DNA from: Macrostomum hystrix
Taxonomy: Eukaryota; Animalia; Platyhelminthes
Direction: 5' to 3'
Length of the DNA: 64,000 nt
Assembly: GCA_950097015.1 (NCBI GenBank)
Contig: CATNEN010000003.1
Coordinates: forward strand, 4,340,001 to 4,404,000
A program made the position numbers and the translations under genes. The notes beneath the pieces are model-generated. The model did no database searches. It had not been told where the DNA came from and saw only the letters and a list, made by a program, of their open reading frames with translations. Below, one piece after another: positions 23,964 through 35,776 of the stretch. Position 1 is the stretch's first letter. Each line of letters begins with the position of its first letter.

Positions 23964-26900
23964 ATGGACATCTCAGACGATGACAGCGCCGCCATCAGTC
24001 ACACTGGCTCTGAAGATCCCGAAATCAGTGGCGATGATGATGGCCTGACAACTTCAGCTGCTGCAAGAGCAAAGGCTGGCTCCTCTGCTGCTGCTGCTGC
24101 TGCCTCTGACCCAGATCAGCAGCAGCAAGCTAGCCGCTTAGAATCTGCTGCTTTTCAGCTGCACCTGCCTCATTCAGAATTGTCCGACGCTGAATCTGAA
24201 CATTTTCCCGACGTCAGCACTGGCAGCGCCGCTACAAGGCGAGCTTTTCTGTCTGTTCGAAATCGTCTGCTATTAGCTTGGCTTGACGCTCCATTGAAAC
24301 AGTTGACCCTAGCCGAGGCGCACAAACAATTGGAATTAACTAGCGAAGCAGACAAGGAGCTTTGTCACCGCGTCCTAGTGTTCTTAGAAAGGCACGGTTT
24401 TGTTAATTTTGGCGTATTCGAACGATTGGAACGACCTCTGACTTGGCTGGGCGATAGAGGCAATAAAGAACCGTTTCGCGTAGTGGTGATTGGAGCCGGC
24501 ATTGCTGGCCTGGCTGCTGCTAGACAATTGGAGTACTTTGGCTGCCAGGTGAGACTGCTTTTTTGGAATCTCTGACCGATTCGGGGAAGTAGTGAAGAAC
24601 TTGCAATCGTAGAATCAATGACCCACATTCTTAGAATCGGTGACCCATTCTTAGAATCGGTGAACCACTCTTAGAATCGGTGACCCACATTCTTAGAATC
24701 GGTGACCCATTCTTAGAATCGGTGAACCACTCTTAGAATCGGTGACCCACATTCTTAGAATCGGTGACCCACATTTTTAGAATCGGTAACCCACATTCTT
24801 AGAATCGGTGACCCATTCTTAGAATCGGTAACCCACATTCTTAGAATCGGTGACCCACGTTCTTAGAATCGGTGACATACACTCACAGAATCAATGACCC
24901 ACTCGTTGACCCAACCCTCATATCATAGGTGACGGTGCTGGAGGCTCGCAGTCGTGTTGGCGGCAGAATCTGCACATTTCGCAAAGGCTCATACATAGGT
25001 GACCTAGGCGCTATGGTAATTACTGGCCTTGGCGGCAATCCTTTGACTGTGTGCTCAAAGCAGATTGACATTGAACTATTCAAACTAAAGACAAAGTGTC
25101 CCCTATTCGATGACACCGGCGCACTCATCGACTCGGAGCGGGACGCTGTGATTGAACGGGAGTTTAATCGGCTATTGGAGGCTGCCGCTTATCTCACGCA
25201 CGAGCGTCGGATTGAAGAGACACCGAATAGGCCGGACTGCGAGAAGATGAGCCTTGGCCAGGCTGTGGACTTGCTGGTTCAGATGCAGGAGCAGAGGTGT
25301 CGGGAACAGCAGCTGGTTCACCTGCAGAAGATGCTGGATTTACAGGTGGGGCTTTATTTTATCTCTTGTCTTCTCACTAATCTACTCATTTCCTAAATTC
25401 TCCCCAGTCCCTTAAAAGTTTTCCTATTTTTTTCTACAATTTTCCCCATTCTCACTACATTTCTCTCAACTATTATTTTCACGATTCTCCCTTTTTCGAA
25501 AAATTATCCCCATTCTTCCAACAATTCTCCCTTATTCTTTCAATCATTTTTGTATTTTTCCCATAATTACCTCCATTCTTCCAATAATTATCCCCTTTTT
25601 ACAATATCCCCAAATCCTTCCAATAATTATCCTCATTCCTCCAATAATATTCCACATTCTTCAAACAATTCTCCCTAATTCTTCTAATAATTCTCCGCAT
25701 TTTCCCTAATTTCTTCCCATTCTTCCCAAAATTAAACATTTTTTCAATAATTGATCAGTTCCTCACTCTCATAGGATTCGATTCCCACCTCAAACAATCC
25801 TTAATAGGATAGTCTAGCCAGCATTCTCAAAGACATGGAGACAGCCAAGGCTGAGATTGCGCGTCGTCACGCAGCTTGGCTAGCTCAGGACGCCGCGGCC
25901 GCGGCTGCAGCCTCAGCCGGCGACTCGGCTGCCAACGCCGCTAGTGGCGGCGATTCGTCCAACGCCTTCCTTCAGCTGTTCGATCGGCGTTCGAAACAGC
26001 GCGACCTGTCTCAGGCCCTGCTAGAATTTCAACGCCTCAAAGCCAAAGGCGAGGAGCTGCAGGACAGCCTTGACGCTTTGGACGCTGAGCCGCCCTCCGG
26101 TGTCTACTTGAGTACCTCCGACTTGCACATTCTCAACTGGCACAAGGCTAACTTGGAGTTTGCCAATGCTGCACCATTGAATCAGCTGTCTCTTAGGCAC
26201 TGGGATCAGGACGATGAGAATGAGTTCTCTGGCCCGCATCTCACCGTGAGAGTTTCTATATTTTTCTTGATTCATTTTTATTAAGTTTCTTCTCCAATCT
26301 CAGTTTGTCTCACCTTTCTCCCACTTCAATCTCAGTTTGTCTCACCTTTCTCCCACTTCAATCTCAGTTTGTCTCACCTTTCTCCCCCTTCAATCTCATT
26401 TAGTCTCACCTTTCTCATACTTCAATCTCAGTTTGTCTCACCTTTCTCCCACTTCAATCTCAGTTTGTCTCACCTTTCTCCCACTTCAATCTCAGTTTGT
26501 CTCACCTTTCTCCCCCTTCAATCTCATTTAGTCTCACCTTTCTCATACTCCAATCTCAGTTAGTCTCACCTTTCTATCCTATCTCACCTCCTAGGTACGC
26601 AACGGCTATTCCTGCCTGCCCGTCGCCTTGGCCGAAGGACTACTCGATCTGCGCCTCGACACCAGCGTCCAACGCATCGAATGGGACGCCGAAGGAGCCA
26701 CTGTCACATCGAAAAAAGCCAGCGAAGATGCTATTACTCAGCGGGCTGACGCGGTTGTCTGCACCCTGCCATTGGGTGTGCTCAAGCATCATCATCGAGA
26801 GCTGTTTAGTCCGCCTCTGCCCGATTGGAAAACTGAAGCCATCGATAGGCTGGGATTTGGCGTATTGAACAAAGTCCTATTGGCCTTCGATAAGTACTTT

Positions 26901-28742
26901 TGGGATCCTCAGCTAAATCTATTTGGCTACGTGCCAAATAGCGTTGACGGCCGGGGCGAGTTCTTCCTATTCTGGAGTGTCTATAAGGCGCCAGTACTTC
27001 TGGCTCTAGTCAGCGGAGAGGCTGCCGAACTCATTGAACAGGTTAGTGGGGAACTACCTCTGCGCATGATCATGTTATTATGGTGACGATCGTGGTTTCT
27101 AGGTATTTGGGATAACATAACGCGTCTGATGGCTGTGTACAACTGTTCAGTCCATGGACTGCTCGGACGCTTCACCCATCCTTAATTACCCCAGCTAATG
27201 CTGGTGCCAATTAAACAGCTGACCGTGAACTGAACTTAAATTCCAGTTAGGTCAGGAATCGAACCCCCGACTTTCAGGGCTATAAACCACTTCCCTCTGA
27301 TGCTGTTACAACTTATTACAGGTGTTTGTAATACGCAAATTTCTCTCCTTGGGCTACGATTCGATTCCCCGATTTCTCGATTCGAAGTCCAAAACTTAGG
27401 GTTCATTGGTTGTACATCTGGGGATCATGGGTTGTTCATTTTGGGATCATGGGTTGTTCATTTTGGGATCATGGGTTATTCATTTTGGGATCATGGGTTG
27501 TTCATTTTGGGATAATCGGATGTGCATTTGAGGATCATGGGATGTACATTTGGGGCTCTATATGGTATGTAGATTTAAGGATCATGGGATGTAGGTGTAT
27601 GGATCATGGGATTTAGGTGTGGGGATCATGGGATGTAGGTGTGGAGATCATGGGATATAGATTTAGGGATCATGGGATATAGGTGTGGAGATCATGGGAT
27701 ATCGATTTAGGGATCATGGGATGTACGTGTGAGGATCATGTGATATAGATTTAGGGATCATGGGATATAGGTGTGGGAATCATGGGATATCGATTTGGGG
27801 ATCATGTAATATTGGTGTGGGGATAATGGGATGTATGTGTGAGGATCATGTGATATAGATTTAGGGATCATGGGATATAGGTGTGGGAATCATGGGATAT
27901 CGATTTGGGGATCATGTAATATTGGTGTGGGGATAATGGGATGTATGTGTGAGGATCATGGGATTTAGGTGTGAGGATCATGGGATTTAGGTATGGGGAT
28001 CAATGGATCATGGGATATAGATTTAGGGACCATGGCATGTAGGTGGGGGGATAATGGGATATAGGGAAGGGGATCATGGAATGTAGGTGTGGGAATCATG
28101 GGATATAGGTTTGGGGACCATGAGATGTACATTGAAGATTATGGGATGTAGATTTAGAGATCATCGGATGTGGATTTGAGGAACAAGGAATGGAACTATG
28201 AAAAATGTTGGATTTAGAATTCAGTTTACTGACTCAAAATGTGAAAATTAATTAACAAAAAACTCCTTAAAAACAATACCTGACAGGCCTCAGACGAAGT
28301 TGTTGTGGAACGCGCTGTCACAGTTTTGGGAAAAATTTTCGGCTCTACGCCGACTCCCAAGCATTCCGTTGTCACTCGTTGGCGCTCAGATCCCTATAGT
28401 AGGGGATCTTATTCCTACGTAGCTGTTGGCGCCTCCGGAGAAGACTACGACGCTCTGGCTAGGCCCGTGACGGCAACGCCTGAGGCCGCTGACGCTGACG
28501 CCGACGCTGCTCTAGCCCGCCTGCCGGCGCGGCTGCTATTCGCCGGCGAGCACACCAATAGACAGTACCCGGCCACTGTGCATGGCGCGCTGCTCAGCGG
28601 ATTTAGAGAGTCTGGCCGAGTCTGCGACCTGTTTGGCAGCAGCTTTGGCTGCCGGGATGCTGGCAATGCCGCGGCGGCTGCGGCTGCAGAGTCGGATGGT
28701 AAAATTCTAGACCTAACAGAAGATGCTGCTGCTACAGCTTGA
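23964..28742 (+). CDS. KDM1A: Lysine-specific histone demethylase 1 (SWIRM + FAD amine oxidase + Tower domain)
   Basis: Exons 23964-24548, 24929-25345, 25808-26245, 26595-27041, 28287-28742. Motifs [81 protein letters not shown] (K661 equivalent), [26 protein letters not shown]. Start codon is tentative. Confidence 0.95.
24610..24900. repeat. 20-22-bp minisatellite (TCTTAGAATCGGTGACCCACAT) in LSD1 intron
   Basis: Direct inspection. Confidence 0.9.
26293..26590. repeat. 32-bp pyrimidine-rich minisatellite (TCAATCTCAGTTTGTCTCACCTTTCTCCCACT) in LSD1 intron, ~9 copies
   Basis: Runs up to the acceptor at 26594. Confidence 0.9.
27142..27295 (-). mobile_element. tRNA-derived SINE remnant; same family at ~33010-33275
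   Basis: Both copies share CTGTTCAGTCCATGGACT and a minus-strand B-box (GGTTCGATTCC). Similar B-box remnants at ~23720-23785 and ~36385-36480. Confidence 0.55.
27420..28180. repeat. ~20-bp degenerate minisatellite (GGGATCATGGGATATAGGTGT) in last LSD1 intron
   Basis: Recurring GGATCATGGGAT core. Confidence 0.88.
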
Positions 28743-28819
28743 ACAAATGTCTTATACATTGTAAAAAAACAATTCTCCTACAGCAACCTGTCGTCACTTT
28801 GAGTAAGAATTTTCCATTG

Positions 28820-29431
28820 TCCCATTTCCTCAGATTAATCTGACACTCATCCCATTTCCTCAGATTAATCTGACACTCATCCCAGATCCCCAGACTGATC
28901 TGACACTCATCCCAGATCCCCAGACTAAACCGACACTCATCCCAGATCCCCAGACTGATCTGACACTCATCCCAGATCCCCAGACTAAACCGACACTCAT
29001 CCCAGATCCTCAGACTACTCTGACACTCATCCCATTTCCTCAGATTAATCTGACACTCATCCCAGATCCTCAGACTGATCTGACACTCATCCCAGATCCT
29101 CAGACTGATCTGACACTCATCCCAGATCCTCAGACTGATCTGACACTCATCCCAGATCCCCAGACTAAAACCGACACTCATCCCAGATCCTCAGACTGAT
29201 CTGACACTCATCCCAGATCCCCAGACTAAAACCGACACTCATCCCAGATCCTCAGACTGATCTGATACTCATCCCAGATCCCAAGACTAATCTGACACTC
29301 ATCCCAGATCCTCAGACTGATCTGACACTCATCCCAGATCCCCAGACTGATCTGACACTCATCCCAGATCCTCAGACTGATCTGACACTCATCCCAGATC
29401 CCCAGACTGATCTGACACTCATCCCAGATCC
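28820..29431. repeat. 30-bp minisatellite (CAGATCCTCAGACTGATCTGACACTCATCC), ~20 copies, just 3' of the LSD1 stop
   Basis: Direct inspection; related arrays at 31840 and 61878. Confidence 0.95.
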
Positions 29432-29981
29432 ACTTAGAAGTCACCCTCTTACTTAAGTAGTGCTCTTTCGTTACTTTGTTACTTCGTTAACTTGCATTAT
29501 GTTATATACTTTAGTCGCTTGTTTATAAGTAAGTATTCTCAATTATATGTTAATAAGACTTTAATTTGTCTTAATAATGTAGTGTAATCTTATTCCATAA
29601 TCTTGTTTATTATTTTACAGTTTTTTCGTTAACTTATATCGTAGGCATCTTGTCTTTATAGGTAAAAAATAGGCAACTACTTGCTTTTTGTGCATTTTAA
29701 AGTATTTAACAGTCATTAAAGCTAAAACTATAATTATTAATAGTGTAATTAGCAGTTCATAACAATTGTTTGTTGTACAATCTTGTTTTCCCGGTTTTCT
29801 GTTAAATCTTTCGTACTTTAGTGTTTGCGTGTTTTAATAAACTGATTCTCTGTTATTGGGCAATAAAATGTGTACGAGTGCTTTTATGTCTGTTAAAAGA
29901 TTCGTTGATAAACTTTGTCCTCATTTTCCATAGATAATCATGGTCTCCATTTATAGCTATTGTGAATTACAGAGAGAATTA

Positions 29982-30562
29982 CCAAGAAACCCCCCATACT
30001 GTATTTCCAAGAAACCCCAGTGCTGAAATTCTAAGAAACCCTAATACTGGATTTCCAAGAAACCCTAATACTGGATTTCCAAGAAACCCCAGTGCTGGAT
30101 TTCTAAGAAACCCTAATACTGGATTTCCAAGAAACCCTAATACTGGATTTCCAAGAAACCCCAGTGCTGGATGTCTAAGAAACCATATGGATTTCTAAGA
30201 AACCCTAATACTGGATTTCCAGGATACCCCAATTCTGGATTTCCAAGAAACCCTAATACTGGATTTTCAAGAAACCACAGTGCTGGATTTCTAAGAAACA
30301 TTAATACTGGATTTCTAAGAAACCCTAATACTGGATTTCCAGGATACCCAAATTCTGGATTTCCAAGAAACCCTAATACTGGATTTTCAAGAAACCACAG
30401 TGCTGGATTTCTAAGAAACCCTAATACTGGATTTCTAAGAAACCCTAATACTGGATTTCTAAGAAACCCTAATACTGGATTTCCAGGATACCCCAATTCT
30501 GGATTTCCAAGAAACCCTAATACTGGATTTCCAAGATACCCCAATTCTATTTTTCCAAGAAA
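29982..30562. repeat. 24-bp minisatellite (CCAAGAAACCCTAATACTGGATTT)
   Basis: Direct inspection; explains the ORFs at 29962-30814. Confidence 0.92.
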
Positions 30563-30841
30563 ACGCCAATTAAGTTTATTCAAAGAAATTGTCATAAAAA
30601 ATTTCTTGGAAACGCCCACATTTGATTTTCTAGAAATCCCATTAAAGAGTTTCTCAGAAATTCTATACAGGTTTGTACAGAAAGTTGCCGTGCTAAATCT
30701 CTCTAAGATTTTCTTACTAGATTTACAGATTCCCATTTTCCCATTCCCATTTGAAATGTCAAGTTTGAATCTCAAAGTAATGGCAATATCCTGAATAATG
30801 ATTTCTTTAATCACTCAGCAAATAAAACTGGCATCCCGCAG

Positions 30842-31192
30842 CATCTCAGTCTGAGCCTACTGGGCCGTTTTGTGCCCCGCACATCAGTGCCCGGCTCCCT
30901 TTTCGCCGGCAAGCGTCGAGTTATTGCTCGGTTAACGAACGCCAGAAAGTCGGCCACAGTCAACGAGCTGCTAGTTCAACGGGAAAATTTGCGCCACCTA
31001 TCTGTTCAATACCTTAATAGACAAGAGGAGAGAAGCTATGCTCAACATTTGCGAGATTCTGAGCTTCGCAGAGAGGAGGACGAACTCTACTCAGTCTACG
31101 CTGAGCATTTTCGGCGGGCCTATCCCAGCCGATCGTTAGGTGACGAGTGCAGGCGCACTTTTTTGCGCTGCCAGAACTGGGAAAGAAATTGA
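30842..31192 (+). CDS. MRPL57: Mitochondrial ribosomal protein mL63 (MRP63/MRPL57)-like; no in-frame genomic ATG
   Basis: HLSLSLLGRFVPRTSVPGSLFAGKRR...QRENLRHLSVQYLNRQEERSYA aligns by eye with human mL63 [23 protein letters not shown]...[22 protein letters not shown] (recalled from memory). Similar length and terminal W. Begins right after the acceptor-like CCGCAG at 30836-30841. Confidence 0.75.
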   Translation, partial: HLSLSLLGRFVPRTSVPGSLFAGKRRVIARLTNARKSATVNELLVQRENLRHLSVQYLNRQEERSYAQHLRDSELRREEDELYSVYAEHFRRAYPSRSLGDECRRTFLRCQNWERN

Positions 31193-31706
31193 TTGCTATT
31201 TTTAGAATATTTAGAATAAATAAATACCGTTCTTGCAAAGTACGCTGCATTAGAAATGTACTTTTCTAGCGAGAATTGCACTTTTAGTGTCTACAAAGTA
31301 CTACAAGTGAACTTGTCTACACTATTTGAATAATTTGTGTACTTGCAAAGTGTGCGAGATTGTTGTGTACTTTAGTGTGCACTTCTGGTTTTATGTACTT
31401 TAAGAGCAAAAGTGCACTGAATGGTTCAACTTTGTTCGATCTTTAAAAATCTGCTTATTTAGCAACTTAGCTTGTGTTGCATATTTTGCATTAAACTACT
31501 AGTAAATAAATTTCTAGCATTAAACTGTTACATGTTATAATTGTTGGTCAACTTTTGTTAATTATAAAACCAGGCAGAACTGTTCTTCTTATTTATTTAG
31601 TTGTCAAGTATCTAATTATTTTGACAATAAACTTTAATTTTATATGTAATACACAAATTTCAGCCTTAAAATACACGTTTGCCAATAAATCCTCATTGGC
31701 TTCAGA

Positions 31707-34700
31707 ATGACAAGCAAACGCAAGCAACCCGACCTCGGCACCGATGCAGCAGATGAGTCTACTAATGCTAAGATTGCAAAAATCATGATTGGTAAGTTAA
31801 TAGGAATATATACTTTCCAGTTAGGTCTGTTTTAGATCTTCCCAGATCCTCAGACTGATCTGACACTTTCCAGATCCTCAGACTGATCTGACACTTTCCA
31901 GATCCTCAGACTGATCTGACACTCATCCCAGATCCTCAGACTGATCTGACACTCATCCCAGATCCTCAGACTGATCTGACACTTTCCAGATCCTCAGACT
32001 GATCTGACACTCATCCCAGATCCCCAGACTGATCTGACACTTTCCAGATCCTCAGACTGATCTGACACTTTCCAGATCCTCAAACTGATCTGACACTTTC
32101 CAGATCCTCAAACTGATCTGACACTTTCCAGATCCTCAAACTGATCTGACACTTTCCAGATCCTCAAACTGATCTGACACTTTCCAGATCCTCAGACTGA
32201 TCTGACACTTTCCAGATCCTCAGGCTGATCTGACACTTTCTAGATCCTCAGACTGATCAGACACTTTCCAGATCCTCAAACTGATCTGACACTTTCCAGA
32301 TCCTCAAACTGATCTGACACTTTCCAGATCCTCAGACTGATCTGACACTTTCCAGATCCTCAGACTAATCTGACACTTTCCAGATCCTTAGACTGATCCG
32401 ATTTTTTTAATGATCATCTTAAATAATCAATTTTTTTAAGTCCTTAGAATTATCTGACACTTGCCAAATTTCAGAGCTGTCAAACTACGAAAAGAACAAG
32501 AACCGAAATCTATTTAAATTCAAAGCCTACCGCAAAGCTGCCGACATTATTAAGACTCATCCTACTCCGATCACTAGCGGAAAGGAGGCCAAACGGATGG
32601 TCAGTTAGGATCATAATCCTTAAAGTTTCTCAGGTTTTGAAGGCTACCGAATCTCACAGAAAGACAATTCCTAATTTTAGAACGGTATTGGCGAAAAAAT
32701 TGCAAAGAAAATCGACGAAATTCTGGCCACCGGATCGCTTAAGAAGTTGTGCGACGTCAAGCAAGACGCCGAAGCTAATAGCATCAACGAGCTGACTAAA
32801 ATTAGCGGAGTCGGGTGAGCGATTTGAGATTATCTCTCGCAGATTTTTCTCCTAAGTTTCTAAGAAATCTAATTTTGAATAACCGTGAAATTCCAGACCA
32901 GCTTTAGCCAAGAAACTGTACAGCGAGGGCATCAAATCTATTGAAGATCTGCGGCAGCATCAGAACAAGCTTAATCATCATCAGAAAATCGGATTAAAGT
33001 AAGTTAAAATCTGTTCAGTCCATGGACTTCTGGGGGGACGCTGAATCGCTGAATATCTCGCCGATGCTGGCTCGTACGGCTTTGAAAGTTAGTTCATTGC
33101 AAAGGGCTGAAAATTTAGATTTATGTGGTGGACTTTCACGAAAATTGGCTTGGTGGATTGAAGCTAATCAGTGTTGATTGTCTTGCAAAAGGACGCAGAT
33201 TGTTCCAGTTGAGTCGGGAATCGAACCCCTGACCTTTAATTCGTGATTCCGACGCTCTAAGCTCTAGGCTACAACCTCCACTTATTCTCCGCCTAAAATC
33301 CCTTTTAAATCTTACTCAATACTCACTCTCTAATATATCAGATACTTCGACGACCTCGAGCTTCGCATTCCTCGCTCGGAAATGGCCCAACTAGAAGAGC
33401 TTGTACTCGCCGAGGCCAAGAAGGTCGACCCGGATCTTGTGGCGACAGCCTGCGGCAGTTATCGACGCGGGGCGCCCACCAGCGGCGATATTGACTTCTT
33501 GGTAACGCACCAAACATTCACCGACGAGGTTAGAGCCAAGAAAGCCAAAGCTAAGGATCGAAAGAAGTGCAATCATTTGGATCAGCTGATTACCAGACTG
33601 AAGAATTGCGGCTTTATTACCGACGTTATCTCGCACGGTCAGCTTAAGTTTATGGTATGTTCTTATTGCTCCCTAGTCCTACTTTAATTGGCCTGTAGCC
33701 TCATTCACCCCTAGACTAGTTTTCATCGGCCTAAAGCCTCGCACACCCCTAGATTAGTTTTGATTGGCTAGAAGCCTCGCACACCCCTAGATTAGTTTTT
33801 ATTGGCTAGAAGCCTCGCACACCCCTAGACTAGTTTTCATTGGCTAGAAGCCTCGCACACCCCTAGATTAGTTTTGCTTGGCTAGAAGCCTCGCACACCC
33901 CTAGATTAGTTTTGATTGGCTAGAAGCCTCGCACACCCCTAGATTAGTTTTGATTGGCTAGAAGCCTCGCACACCCCTAGACTAGTTTTCATTGGCCTAA
34001 AGCCTCGCACACCCCTAGACTAGTTTTCATTGGCCTAAAGCCTCGCACACCCCTAGACTAGTTTTGATTGGCTAGAAGCCTCGCACACCCCTAGACTAGT
34101 TTTGATTGGCTAGAAGCCTCGCACACCCCTAGACTAGTTTTCATTGGCTAGAAGCCTCGCACACCCCTAGATTAGTTTTCATTGGCTAGAAGCCTCGCAC
34201 ACCCCTAGACTAGTTTTGATTGGCTAGAAGCCTCGCACACCCCTAGACTAGTTTTGATTGGCTAGAAGCCTCGCACACCCCTAGACTAGTTTTCATTGGC
34301 TAGAAGCCTCGCACACCCCTAGATTAGTTTTCATTGGCTAGAAGCCTCGCACACCCCTAGACTAGTTTTGATTGGCTAGAAGCCTCGCACACCCCTAGAC
34401 TAGTTTTCATTGGCTAGAAGCCTCGCACACCCCTAGACTAGTTTTCATTGGCCTAAAGCCTCGCACACCCCTAGACTAGTTTTGATTGGCTAGAAGCCTC
34501 GCACACCCCTAGACTAGTTTTCATTGGCTAGAAGCCTCGCACACCCCTAGATTAGTTTTCATTGGCTAGAAGCCTCGCACACCCCTAGACTAGTTTTCAT
34601 TGGCCTGAAGCCTCACACACCCCTAGACTAGTTTTCATTGGCCTAAAGCCTCGCACACCCCTAGACTAGTTTTCATTGGCCTAAAGCCTCGCACACCCCT

Positions 34701-35133
34701 AGACTAGTTTTCATTGGCCTGAAGCCTCGCACACCCCCTAGACTAGTTTTAATTGGCAGTCGCCTTACCACTAGGCGTGTTTTGATTGGCTGATTGTCTC
34801 ACATGCTCGTAGCTTAATATTCATTGATCATAAAACTTTACGTTTTAGGGCATATGCAAGCTGTCGTCCTCACCACATCATCGCCGCATCGATTTTCAAC
34901 TAATCCCATTCGAACAATACTACTGCGGCCTGATTCATTTCACTGGCAGTGATCTATTCAACATCTATCTTAGAGGGGAAGCGCATAAGCAGGGCTTCAT
35001 CTTGAACGAGTACAGTCTCCGGCCTTTGGGTAGTACGGGGGTGCCCGGCGAGCCACTGCCTGTCACTTCTGAAGAGGACGTGTTCGACTATTTGGGTCTC
35101 GATTATAAGGAGCCCACTGATAGAACGCACTGA
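31707..35133 (+). CDS. POLB: DNA polymerase beta (family X), 6 exons
   Basis: Exons 31707-31791, 32475-32599, 32681-32814, 32897-32998, 33342-33654, 34849-35133. Motifs [30 protein letters not shown] (lyase K72 equivalent), [54 protein letters not shown]. Confidence 0.96.
31840..32400. repeat. 28/30-bp minisatellite (CAGATCCTCAGACTGATCTGACACTTTC) in POLB intron 1
   Basis: Contains exact copies of the 30-bp unit found at 28820-29431. Confidence 0.93.
33700..34757. repeat. 38-bp minisatellite (CCTCGCACACCCCTAGACTAGTTTTGATTGGCTAGAAG), ~27 copies, POLB intron 5
   Basis: Direct inspection. Confidence 0.96.
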
Positions 35134-35776
35134 CATTCTTATAAGAATCTTTGACGATATAAAGCCATGAACTTTGCTTCTTAAACAAGCAACAAAATTA
35201 TGGCACAAATCATTATTATCTTTTCTACTCACACATGGTAAGTAGTATGCTGTGTATAAAATAGTACATTTTCAGCAAAATATTCTTCAAGCTGTGATTT
35301 TTTATAAATAATGGCCAGCTTCTAACCATTTTTTTACCTTATTCTTATTTTGAAATAAACTTACGTAATACTTTTTATTTTTGACCACAGTTTTCTATAC
35401 AATATTTATATAATAAAAATTATATTTGATCATCTTTAAATACTGACTTATTAACCATCTAACATGGAAATCTATATTTATGCTTGTATTTTAAAGCATT
35501 TGCATAACAGATCAGTGCGCGTGTCTTTTGTGAAATAGATTTATAAACTGCTAGGCATATGCTAGCTAAAATAGTACCTAGTATCTGGGCTTACATTCAG
35601 AGCTACATCTGTTTGCGCTACAGGACGCACTTTTGGAAGACGCGTAGATACTGAACTGAGATTTAAGATTTGAGATCTACTAAATTATTTTTCTTGGCAT
35701 ACATTTCTCAGGTAACCAAAAATTGTCCCAATTAATCAGGAAGCAACAGTTATATGCACTGTAACATCACTACATA

